A stretch of 64,000 nucleotides of DNA, taken from NCBI GenBank assembly GCA_051362555.1, contig CM120643.1, forward strand, positions 17,116,848 through 17,180,847, in the 5' to 3' direction. The translations under genes were made by a program, and so were the position numbers. The first letter of the stretch is position 1. Every line of letters starts with the position of its first letter. This DNA is from Lingula anatina. Its lineage: Eukaryota; Animalia; Brachiopoda. Of this stretch, positions 24,953 to 33,831 are shown piece after piece. The notes below the pieces were generated by a model that saw nothing but the letters and a program-made list of their open reading frames with translations, made no database searches and had not been told where the DNA came from.

Positions 24953-27223
24953 TGTGTGTGTGTGTGTGTGTGTGTGCGAGAGAGAGAGAGAGAGAAAGGG
25001 AGAGAAAAAATTGTTGAGAAAGCTTCTGTATGTGCCAGTATATTAACTTGTCTCTTTGTAGGTGTTTGTGTGTGTTTGAGAAAGAGAGAGAGAGAAAGCT
25101 AGTGTGTGTGCATGCATGTGTTGGCATATGCACGCTTTTACAAGAATATTGAAATTTTACTAAAATGTCACTTATGATGAACAAAGTGAATCATATATAA
25201 TAGAAATAGCATTTAATTTGCGTGTATGTCTGTGCACATGCATTACAAAAATTGCACATCTAATAGCTAGTATGATGACATTATAAACAGGAAGCTATCA
25301 GTTTGGAGTCAGTGCCTGCGATCAGAAAGGTGCCTGTAACACAGCTGTGGCTGCACAGATGGTCAATGTTACCCAGGCCTCATCCATGAGTGATACAGAT
25401 CTGCAGAACGCTTTACAGTCAATCTCTGAAACAGTGAAAACAGGTATATATTCCCCCTCTCTCTCTCTCTCTCTCTCTTTCTCTCTTTTCCTTACATGTA
25501 CGTACCAACACACCCATTAAATAAATTATTATTACTCACAAAGCTACAGTGTATCAAATAACAATCTCCTGCTTACTCATCCTTTATAAGTGCACACTAC
25601 TGCATGCATGGTTGCTATATAACTGTTATTGTCTTTATCAACCTACATATTTCATTTTTTTTTTATGTATTGTTTTTAGGTGGTGATGATAGTGTGGCCT
25701 CACTCCTACAATTTGACAACATCTTGAGTAGCCTCACCAGTGGGGGGAATGTTTCAGCATCAGCTATTGAAGCACAAAAAGCAGCTCTGAAAGAAGTGAA
25801 GAAATCTGTGGTCCAGTCGAATATTAATATGGACCCAGCGTAAGTCTTAGATAGTTGTTATGTGCTATTGCCATTAAAAGTGTATGCATATGTGACTATG
25901 TGCCCTATGCACTGGATAGATCAAATTCAGATATCAATGTAGAGAAAAAGTTTTAAAAGAATTTAGAAATTCTAATTCAGCTATAAGGATCCATGGACAG
26001 ATATCCAAAAATCCAAGATACTAGTACAAGATACTAGTGCTTTTTCACATTTTTACAGTTATGCTGCTGCAGCATTTGTGAACTGCCACTGTGCCTAAGA
26101 ACTGATCTGTGGCAGAAAAAGTAAATGAATTCAATGAACCACATAGCAGCTAGTATGACATAATGCTGAAGTTATATGTCATTTGCTTAGGAGTAGATAA
26201 CTAAGAGATATACAAAAAAAAATGCAAAAAAGTCGTGTTATAATCCAAACTTCAACATACTTCTATTTATAAACAGAAACACATGTCTGTACATCTCCCA
26301 TGCTGTGGTTGTCCCTGTCCAATTTTCTTTGTTAGTAAACAGTTTATTAATTTGTGATTTATTTTATTCTTCAAATTTCCTATGAATTGTAGGACTACAA
26401 TGCAACTTGAGTCCAAAAAGTGAAACTCAGAATAATGTGGAATAAAATAATATTCCTGAATCCACTGTACTTGCTTTGCTAGGTAAAATTATTTGGTATT
26501 AACTTTCTTTCTTTCTGTTTTCAGGCAAGCTGATAGAGATACTAATACCAAGACTTTGGAAAATATTGTCAGTCTGACAGGGTCAGATGGACTAGGAACC
26601 CTTGAAAAAACCCAGTTTTCAGCCAAAGTGAAGACAATTGTCACCAAAATGTTGCAGGGTTAGTCACTTACATGGCTGATAGGAATAAATATTTAAGCAT
26701 TTCACTACAGCTGCAAAATTTTTGTTAATATGCTTGTTTTGAAAAGAGGGCAAATGACTGAAGTTTTGATAATATTGGATTATACTTCAATATCAGAATA
26801 AGTTTCACTTTTGCCAAACAGCACTGATCCATGAACTATGAAAATGTCTTATTCCTTAATACAAAATTTATACATCGTTGCAGGGAATGAAACCCATTTT
26901 AGGCATAATGAATTGAATAGAAGGCAATGTATGTTGTATTTGTTGACTCAACAAAGAACCTGCAGGAGTTTTCAAACAGTGTAAAAACGAAGTAAAATAA
27001 ATGGGAGGAAAAGGTTTAAATATCATTTAAAGAAGAAAAATATGTATTTTTGTAACTGAAATGCTTGGTTTATGAACTATAACATTGTGACTGTGTTGTT
27101 TTTATACAGAAGTGGAGGTGACTGAAGCAGCGGAAAGAAGAAGAAGAAGAAAAAAGAGATCAGTCAGCAGTGGAGGCAGCAGTGGAGTCTCCATGTCAGA
27201 AGCTGAGGTAAAAAATGAGTCAT

Positions 27224-27282
<59 letters not shown>

Positions 27283-30200
27283 TATTTCCATTTATTCTGG
27301 AACTCAAGATGACATTGAAACTTTCTAGATGTATTTCTAGCTATGTACCAGAAACAAAGTTTATGATTCTTATAAATTGACAATCTTTTAAAAAATGAGG
27401 CAATAATTTGTACTTTAATTTGTTCATGATAAAGATTTTTAAATATTTAGAAATATTTGCTATATGGCTGAAGTGCTAATAGTTTTCATTGACATGAACT
27501 TCGACCAATATGAAATGAAAACTGAACATCAATTGATCAAATAATAAAATAATTTTAAAAGTGATGTCTTCATTAAGTACTTAAAATATCAAACTTTCTT
27601 TCCAGGCAGAGAACTTGCTTAACTCTTACAAACTGCTGTACCAGAATGGGAACTCCAGAACTCTCTCCACAGATTTTAACAATGACATCAACAATATTAT
27701 ACAAGGTCTGTGCCGTGGTCTGTCAACAGCTGACCAAGCCGTTCTAGCAGAGAACACCATTGTTGTTCTGAAGACACACAATCGGCTCTTCACTGGGATC
27801 AACAATGAAACGCTGGATGTTGGATGCAGTGGCTGCACAACTACTGTGAATTATACTTCAACTGTGGGTATTGTATGATACAATTCTTTGTACATGAACA
27901 GTTTGTTTTCAACAGGTTTTGTGTGGTTTTTCTCATTAGGGTTTTGTGTAGTTTTTTCATTATTTAGCAATTTTGATGCAGAAATGAATTATACATTTAT
28001 GCTAATGAAGTGTACTAAGTTCCTAATATTTTTTTTATCTTCAAGTGATATTTGGTCAGCTCTATAACCCCGGAACAAAAAAAACATTTGCAATTTCATT
28101 ACAGGTGACTCTGGGTTCAGAGATAGAGAGCACCTATACTACTTGGAATTGCACAGGGAGCACACAATGTTATGGTTTGTGCATTGGCTCTGCCCACTTC
28201 CCGGAGGACTACCTGACCATCACGGCCACCGTGGCCAGCCCACTCATCAGTACCCGCCGCAGTGACATTGTCATGATGAAGTTCCTGAACACGGAGACAG
28301 AGACATTCGAGAGTGTCACCAACCTGACAACGCCAATGGTGTTTGACATTCCTATCACTGGGGAAGTGAACACGACACAGTACAGTTTGGAGGTAACTTA
28401 GAAACTTACTGCATATGGCATTAGGAGATGTGTTACATGTAATATATGTAATGGATTATAATTACAGACTTGCATTATGGGTAAAGAAAATAATTAAGAA
28501 AATGATGACAACAGACACATGCTGAAAACTTTTCAGAATGGCCGGACATTTGGACCGGCAGTAATGAAAAATTTGCCGGACCGAATGGAATTTTGTCAGA
28601 CCGAAAATCACCCTTTTCATTTGAGACAGATACTACCAGTAAAATTATGGTAGCTTACTTTGTTTGTGAATGTGATAGGTTAGAACTGGAACAGAAAAAC
28701 ACTTTTGGTTTTATTTTATTTTATTAGTGAAGTATGTCTGTCAAATGATAACTGTAAATTCAAAATTGCTGCTCTTAAAACTCTTGTCGGTCTTTTGGAC
28801 CGACCATATCCAATTTTTTACTGGTCCAGACAAATTTTCCCGGTCATGACTGATTGGACCGGCAGTTTCAGCATGTCTGTGACAATTTTTTTTCTTTTTT
28901 TTTAGCAATGGCAAAGTAATTTTTTTTTTTGAAAGATTACATGTAGTTTCGTAATCACTACTCTCCAGTAAATACTAGATATATTAAGTAATCACATTTA
29001 ATTTAGCAATTAAAGAAAATAAATATAAAATTATTGGAGTGCCAGTTTTACCTTGAAGCAAATGCACATACCAGTACTTAATCATGCATTTATGTAATAT
29101 TGTCACACAAGCAATTAACGAAACAAAGATAAAATATTAAAAACTGTCTCCTTAGTGTCGCTACTGGACAGGGTCAGACTGGAGTAAGAGTGAATGCACT
29201 TCAGGAGAGCCAACAGCTAGAAATGACACCACCTATGTTACCTGTTCATGCACCTCCCTGGGGCATTTTGGGTAAGTTGTCAAGTCAAAATATTGGATAT
29301 TTTTGGATATTTAGTTATCAATCTTTGTCACTTGTTCATGCACTTCCCTTGGGCATTTTGGGTAAGTTATCGAGTCTTTATCATTTGTGTACAGTTGTAT
29401 ATGCACTTCCATTTTGAGTAAGTTATCAATCTAAATCTCATGTTGATGATGGTTATATTATACTCTGTAGCTGAAGCTGTTAGAAATTTGAGTAATGACA
29501 ACATAAAGTGTGGTCCATTTTAAATCAGTCACATTTCTTTCAAATGAAAATTGATATCATGTAGAATAGCATGCTTATTTTTTGATAATCCAATAGGATA
29601 TATTCTGGCACAGTTCTAGAGAACATGTATATCGTCAAAATGTGTATGATTATTAAATTCATTTTTTTCTTTCTTTTCTTTTCGTCATAATTTTATTTTT
29701 GCTTTGCATAAATAGGCTGTAATTTTTTTATTTTTATTTCATCACACTTTATATCCTTTACTGGATTCTATTCCAGTGTTTTTGAAGCGGCCCCTATCAC
29801 AACTACTACTGCAGCACCTACTACTGAGGGACAAACTACAGAGGGTAGGTGGCAGCACTGTCTCAGTGTTATCTGCTTTTTTCTTCATCATCTTGTAAAT
29901 AAAATTTCTCAAAACTGGTGTCGTGCAGTATAAAAATAAAAAAGAGGACTGCAAAACTTTTGTATTTTATGTATAAGTTTAAGTTGTTGTATTTGATAAT
30001 TAATCTTAAGTATTATTTGGTATTAGGTTAATGAGAAAAATATATCATATTACAGTCTTCTGCTTTAGTTTTTTTCTTATATAAAACATTTATCACTTAT
30101 TTTTCATTAGGCACGCTAGCCTTGACAACAGCTTTACTGGCTGTTAATGTTAATTCAGGTGCACTTTGTGTTATTATGTTGTCTTTGTACCGTAGCAGTA

Positions 30201-30503
30201 ATGTAATGATTCATGTACTGGAACATGTATGATTTGTCTTCATTAAGCATTTTGCTTTTTGCCCCAATTCAATTTTGTCCTTTCATAAAAGCTTTTATTT
30301 TTTCATTTTTGCTTTAGTAAAAACTATTTTATCCTATGGTAAACAGCGATTTCTAGATGAATATTACAGCGTTGTTCATGTTATTTTATTTTAATGTGGG
30401 ATGTGAAATGTCTGTCTGTACAGTACAGTTGTATATGTCTCTCTTTTTACCAGTACATGTGGTTGGCTGCATGATGCACAGCTTCATGCACATGCCAGAT
30501 ATG

Positions 30504-30552
<49 letters not shown>

Positions 30553-33500
30553 GGCAGGTCATGAGGTGACATATTCACATCCCATGAAGCCATGGTGGGT
30601 GAATTGAAATGGTACATTATTATTTGAATCCATTTTATCATCCCAACACCTGCAAGTGTGCTAGAATAATGTGTGTGGAGAGAGAGAGAGAGAGAGAGAG
30701 AGGAGGCTGTACAGGTATATATGTTTGGTATATAGTATGTGCAATGTATCTGTGTGTATAATATCTTTATCTGCAGTCTTCAGTATTGTATTGTTAGTTG
30801 GTAGAAATGTTCAGACAAGGAATGCTTTAAACTGATGCACATGTGCCATAGAATGGCCAGATTGATTGACTAAATTTCCTGTTGTAATTTATCTATATTT
30901 TGTGCTGTCATGGTGTTTTCCCCCATGAACAGTATACTCAAATAATTTAGTGAAATAAAAAGTAAATATAGAAGAAAAGTAAACATTTAACTTCCAGAAA
31001 CATTGGCTTTTATCTTTCAAGACAACAACAGTGCAACAGGTACTAAAGGTACCTTTTTATCATTAAGCCCTCAATTACTCTTCAGGCCAAGCATCTCACT
31101 TACACCATTTTATATACAATCACTTTCAACAAGGCCCATCCAACCAGTATATACTACCTGTAGTAGAAATAACTCAAATAATCTGAACTAGTAAAAGCAA
31201 CTTGGGGAACTGAGAATACTGATTGACTGTTTTCTGATTTATAGTTGCCCAGACAACTGAGGCACCAACTGCTGGAGTTACAACAAATGCTGCAACCACC
31301 CCTGCTACTACAGTTGCCACTGTTGCTGGCCTTGGTGATGTTGAGCAGATCACCGTCACTCTCACGTTTAATGTGGATTACCAGACCTTTATAGGGGAGA
31401 ACAGATCTGAAGCCATTCAGAGCTTCACCCTTCAGATTGCCATTGCTATTGGGGTTAACTCTTCTCGAATTGTGAATTTGGATGTCAGATCAGGTACGTA
31501 ATCTTTAAATGCAAGGTGAGGGTCAATGTGCATGCAAGGTGAAGGTCAACATACATTCAAGGTGAAGGTCAACATGCATGCCAGATGGAGGTCAACATGC
31601 ATGCCAGGTGAAGGTAAACTTTTAAACTGAGAGGTGACACTGCAAAACTATAACATTAGGAGAAAGCACTTGAAAATAATTTTCTTGCAAGGTCAACCAT
31701 ATTTGCTGTGCACATTTACCCTTGTAATTTTGCTATAATGACTCTAGATGTTCTAGATTAAATATTTCTATCCTTAGTCAAAAACATGGTAAATGGTGTA
31801 AACCAAGGTGTTACAAGAGGTTATTTGTATTTTTATCAATTGAGACCCATTAAATATCTCACATTCAAAACATTCCAGGAAGTATCATTGTGACCTTTGA
31901 CCTACTGGCCCCAACCAGTGCCTCAGAACCATCAATTGGAGCTGCTCTGGCCACTCTACAGAACAGTGTGAATGCAAACACTTTCACCCTGACTGCACCC
32001 AATGGAGGAACCATCTCAGCTGCCTCAATGACGTATGCTACTCCCACAGGACCAAGTAGTGAGTTTTTTTTTTTAATTATATAATAGCAGTTTTAATGGT
32101 ATACTATACATGTGGCACATTATCATTGGTTGGGAGGAAGGCTTCAAAAATATTGTTATTGTTATTATTATTTTGATTTTGCAGTGGCATTGGTTAACAT
32201 ATTATCACACTTGTAATTTGTTATAAAGGAAACAATTAAAAATGTAATCCTTTCTTGCAGTTTTATTTTCAAAAAAAAAGTTTTTTTTTCTATCCAGTAT
32301 TATTTGTAATTTTAACAGTGTTGGAAAGCAGGATTAATAATGGGCTTTCAATTAAAACATATACAGGTACATACCTTCAATTAATTTCAATTATAATATA
32401 ATGCTTCTGTAATTTCAGCGAAAGACACAGGCAATAGTGCTATGACTTACATCATAGTGGGTGCAGTGTGTGGGACAGCGGTGCTGATTGTAGTTATTGT
32501 CATCATTGTCATTGTCGTGAATAAGAAGAAGCAGAAGAAAGTAATGCCATCTCCCAGGGAATCTGCCATTGATCTCAGTGAGTCGAAATGGGATCTAATG
32601 TAATACACCTTGAGTAAAATATTTACTTACTGGAACTTAATCTGTTTTATCAGCATGGCTCTGTCTTTTCCAGTAACCTCATATGTAAGTGATTTCTTGA
32701 AAGTTGCTTCTATTAACAGCTTCTATTAACAGCTCACCTCTGCTGCTCCCTGTCTCAGCAGAATCATGATTTCAGTTACCCTTGAAACTTCCTACATTTA
32801 AGGAACTGAGCGGTATGAAATTGAATGAAATATGATGATAATTTGCTGTCTGTTCATCTTAATTCTAACTGCTTTCCAGGACATGTGTATCTGTTTACAA
32901 AAATGAATTCAAATTTCGACACCCTCCTCTTGAATTTCAGAGTCCTATGGCAAACGTCACTCCCCTGAGAGCGGGATGACACCAGTCCCTGAAGACAAGT
33001 GTGCATCCCCGAAGCAAAATGCTGCTGGGTCTAGCAGTTCTAACAGTGAGTCAGACTCAGCCCAGGCAACTGCCAAGGATCCCAAAGACACGTACAAACC
33101 TCTCATTTGGTATGATTTATTACAACATTTATGTTCTACCTAGGTCAGCATATTAGTACAGTAGTGCAAGTATATTATATATTAAACATCTGTATTGATT
33201 TATAATTACAGGTTTCCAGTAGAGTTTTGATATTGTCTTATTATACACGATTATTTTGTAACTTTTTCATCAGCATGTGCTATTGAAAATGTACACACTG
33301 TTTAAATAGTGAGACAAAAGGCACACGTATATGCCTATTTATATTAACTCTTAAGAAAGATTTAAAGGGGTTACCAATGTTTAATCAAATGTTTTGACAA
33401 TACTAGGTATGAGCCTGCAGAGGTTGACAGCAAAGATCCAACAGTTGAGCGAAAACTTGCGGACAGCCGTAACAGCTCTAGAGCATCCCTCAACTCTGCC

Positions 33501-33831
33501 AAAGGTAATGGTTTTTTTTAGAAGTTTCCATACACAAAATATGATAACTATACTAGTATTTCAACAGATTTGAAATAATAGTCACTAAGTTTTAAATTCA
33601 TGACTATTTAGGCACTGGATATTTTGAGCAGCCAAGTAACTCTATTTTTCAGTCATCATCTTCTAGTAATTAATATCTTCATTTAGTCTATGCCAGTGTC
33701 TCTGTTGTGAGAGTAACTAGAAAAAATTATCTGAACTGTTTTTCCTGTCATGTACAGCATCTTTTTTTTTTTCTCTCTCAGGACGCACCGTAACTACAGG
33801 GCATGGTGCCTACGGCAGCAGTATGCCTTAA
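231..33831 (+). CDS. Large multi-exon gene (5' partial): REJ/GAIN-GPS/SEA single-pass membrane protein with a polycystin-1/PKDREJ-like ectodomain; 3065 aa encoded in the window
   Basis: 47 GT-AG exons joined by hand, phases all compatible, 9198 nt open to TAA at 33829-33831: 231-391, 749-976, 2416-2647, 3269-3344, 3727-3940, 5571-5831, 6504-7573, 8226-8405, 8666-8794, 9096-9275, 9483-9671, 10420-10814, 11169-11391, 11945-12191, 12583-12700, 14051-14213, 14628-14772, 15385-15486, 15982-16157, 16536-16669, 17086-17319, 17796-17924, 18336-18460, 18899-19062, 19606-19769, 20253-20498, 20887-21105, 21442-21562, 21824-22017, 22433-22587, 23021-23223, 23733-23977, 24497-24692, 25291-25443, 25680-25839, 26525-26658, 27110-27207, 27606-27863, 28105-28392, 29156-29271, 29777-29844, 31245-31493, 31879-32058, 32419-32577, 32941-33109, 33407-33504, 33782-33831. 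The first exon follows an acceptor (ttttttgcag), so the start codon and signal peptide are upstream of the window. Confidence 0.9.
1451..2061 (+). mobile_element. Solo LTR (Gypsy-like), 611 bp, in intron 2
   Basis: TGTAA...TTACA termini; 4-bp TSD ATAT (1447-1450 and 2062-2065); internal TATAAA at 1702, AATAAA at 1955, and a 24-bp direct repeat at 1620-1643 and 1672-1695. Confidence 0.8.
2148..2325 (+). mobile_element. Decayed Helentron-associated (HINE-like) fragment
   Basis: tttcattaaaatc...ataactttttgag...acaaacaaac...cagacagaca...ggtgaaaatgtaacctccttgg matches the 3' half of the element at 45636-45862. Confidence 0.5.
2459..2539 (+). repeat. Coding 27-bp tandem repeat x3 (NGSHFGPHG)
   Basis: aatggcagtcattttggacctcatggc / aatggtagccatcttggaccccatggt / aatggcagccattttggactacatggc. 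Confidence 0.85.
3727..7573 (+). CDS. Exons 5-7: three ~60-aa helical repeats, GFTGDS array, G-RKKR site, Ser/Gly linker and small Cys knot
   Basis: Exons 3727-3940, 5571-5831, 6504-7573 (1070-nt exon, matches ORF 6508-7590). The exon ends CADSPCSRNTDCVLDYMMCCSGCC then a GTGAGT donor at 7574. Confidence 0.9.
3961..4194. mobile_element. PIF/Harbinger-type (Tourist-like) MITE
   Basis: ~32-bp TIRs aaccccctttacactggacagcatcctttctg / cagaaaggatgccatccagtgtaaagggggtt, with a TTA target duplication on both sides. Confidence 0.75.
4391..5344. mobile_element. Non-autonomous CMC/EnSpm-like DNA transposon
   Basis: Termini CCCAGAGGGCA / TGCCTGCTGGG, 2-bp TSD TC, and subterminal clusters of CAACGTTG-like repeats at both ends. 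Confidence 0.65.
4818..4887. repeat. (TA)n microsatellite
   Basis: Perfect TA run of ~35 units. Confidence 0.95.
6592..6969 (+). repeat. Coding 18-bp tandem repeat x21 encoding GF(T/P/S)G(D/N/T)(S/R)
   Basis: Unit ggtttcactggtgacagt with variants, inside exon 6504-7573. Confidence 0.95.
8226..12700 (+). CDS. Exons 8-15: three cadherin-like/bacterial-adhesin-like beta repeats
   Basis: Motifs GNWQYSSDHGHTW...RLKFVP...VQALD; FAFVPTKDWAG...QPWDGTD...IQVNPANDAP; DQDSPSLGLAI...GNFQY...W...ALLLDPNARVRYNP...FAAWDMTD. Confidence 0.75.
10024..10171. repeat. Foldback inverted repeat (probable MITE)
   Basis: ~59-bp arms atgttcagaaggcaaaaatattaaatcttat...agatctgctagat / atctagcagat...atgagatttaatatttttgccttttgaacat around a ~30-bp spacer. 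Confidence 0.7.
11420..11470. repeat. (AAT)n microsatellite
   Basis: About 17 perfect units. Confidence 0.95.
14051..16157 (+). CDS. Exons 16-19: cysteine-rich DCxG...CGxC repeats
   Basis: LGCDGIPSSGKVENQCGMCGEDDKYCMDCAGVVNGGADWDVCGDCTGGTTG...DCAGHCG...CDGVFLSGADINDCGHCVGGTTG...DDCGECNGTNACVDCAGVANGNQQEDPCGQC. Confidence 0.85.
14226..14366 (+). mobile_element. hAT-like MITE, CAGGGG termini, 6-bp TSD
   Basis: caggggcgaatccag...ctgtccacccctg flanked by aaacat on both sides; same family as 22627-22794. Confidence 0.7.
15051..15333. mobile_element. hAT-like MITE (degenerate CAG..CGGAT termini)
   Basis: caggagcggatc...aatccaccaccg, with flanks tacat/aacat and a GC-richer interior. Confidence 0.5.
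16223..16307. repeat. Poly(T) plus (GT)n microsatellite
   Basis: A T run followed by ~29 GT units. Confidence 0.95.
16536..19769 (+). CDS. Exons 20-25: two IPT/TIG-like Ig folds and a pre-REJ beta domain
   Basis: IHSIYPAISRVGVAESVIIHGASL and PSVSAIVPSDMNIGDTVNAIVRGQNF...ATYLNSSAIQC fit the IPT/TIG pattern (I..I.P..G...V.I.G.NF ... S.I.C). Confidence 0.7.
20253..25443 (+). CDS. Exons 26-34: REJ (receptor for egg jelly) module
   Basis: Hallmarks of polycystin-1/REJ repeats: IVLDGTRSSDPD...YFTWGC, YKFTLTMAKGNR, KVNPNDKLSL, and NAVPTGGELTVSPTTGEELKSSFTLSTTGWTDDTEDFPLRLQYF. Confidence 0.85.
22627..22794 (-). mobile_element. hAT-like MITE, inverted copy of the 14226-14366 family, 5-bp TSD
   Basis: The reverse complement begins caggggcagatccagagatattttctgacagtcttcaaattatctttg, near-identical to 14226 onward. 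It is flanked by ataat on both sides. Confidence 0.7.
24719..24884. mobile_element. hAT-like MITE inserted at a (GT)n tract
   Basis: TIR caggcccgtagccag / ctggctacaggcctg; flanks tgtgtgtg / ggtgtgtg. Confidence 0.7.
24886..24995. repeat. (GT)n(GA)n compound microsatellite
   Basis: Seen directly in sequence. Confidence 0.95.
25680..29271 (+). CDS. Exons 35-40: GAIN domain (helical subdomain, beta subdomain, GPS motif)
   Basis: A helical segment is followed by SVTNLTTPMVFDIP...YSLECRYWTGSDWSKSECTS...VTCSCTSLGHFG, which matches the GPS consensus C.(F/Y)W...W...C...C.C..L..F. RRRRRKKR lies in exon 27110-27207. Confidence 0.85.
27223..27282. repeat. (TTTA)n microsatellite
   Basis: About 15 units just after the exon 27110-27207 donor. 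Confidence 0.9.
28512..28879. mobile_element. hAT-like MITE, CAG termini, 6-bp TSD
   Basis: cagacacatgctgaaa...tttcagcatgtctg flanked by tgacaa on both sides; internal ggaccg/cggtc subterminal repeats; CpG retained. Confidence 0.7.
29243..29430 (+). repeat. Tandem duplication of the GPS-exon 3' end and splice donor
   Basis: tgttcatgcacctccctggggcattttgggtaagtt (29243-29278) recurs at 29333-29368 and, partly deleted, at ~29401-29425. Confidence 0.8.
29777..32058 (+). CDS. Exons 41-43: Thr/Ala/Pro-rich mucin-like stalk and SEA domain
   Basis: PITTTTAAPTTEGQTTE...TTPATTVATV, then VTLTFNVDY...IAIAIGVNSSRIVNLDVRSG|SIIVTFDL (SEA GSxxV motif). Confidence 0.8.
30506..30550. repeat. (TG)n microsatellite
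   Basis: Seen directly in sequence. Confidence 0.95.
31509..31619 (+). repeat. 23-bp minisatellite, ~5 copies
   Basis: Unit atgcaaggtgaaggtcaacatgc with variants. Confidence 0.8.
32419..33831 (+). CDS. Exons 44-47: single transmembrane helix and ~125-aa Ser-rich cytoplasmic tail
   Basis: YIIVGAVCGTAVLIVVIVIIVIVV is followed by the stop-transfer segment NKKKQKK. The tail ends GRTVTTGHGAYGSSMP*. Confidence 0.85.

Noticed and set aside
24684-25184. ORFs with CVCVCV, HTHTHT or ERERER runs (also near 30.4, 47.4, 50.4, 54.5 and 63.4 kb)
   Set aside because: Translations of dinucleotide microsatellites.
231-33831. Assigning the symbol PKD1, PKD1L or PKDREJ
   Set aside because: REJ and GPS are present, but there is no PLAT or polycystin channel region and only one TM helix; orthology cannot be shown from the sequence alone.
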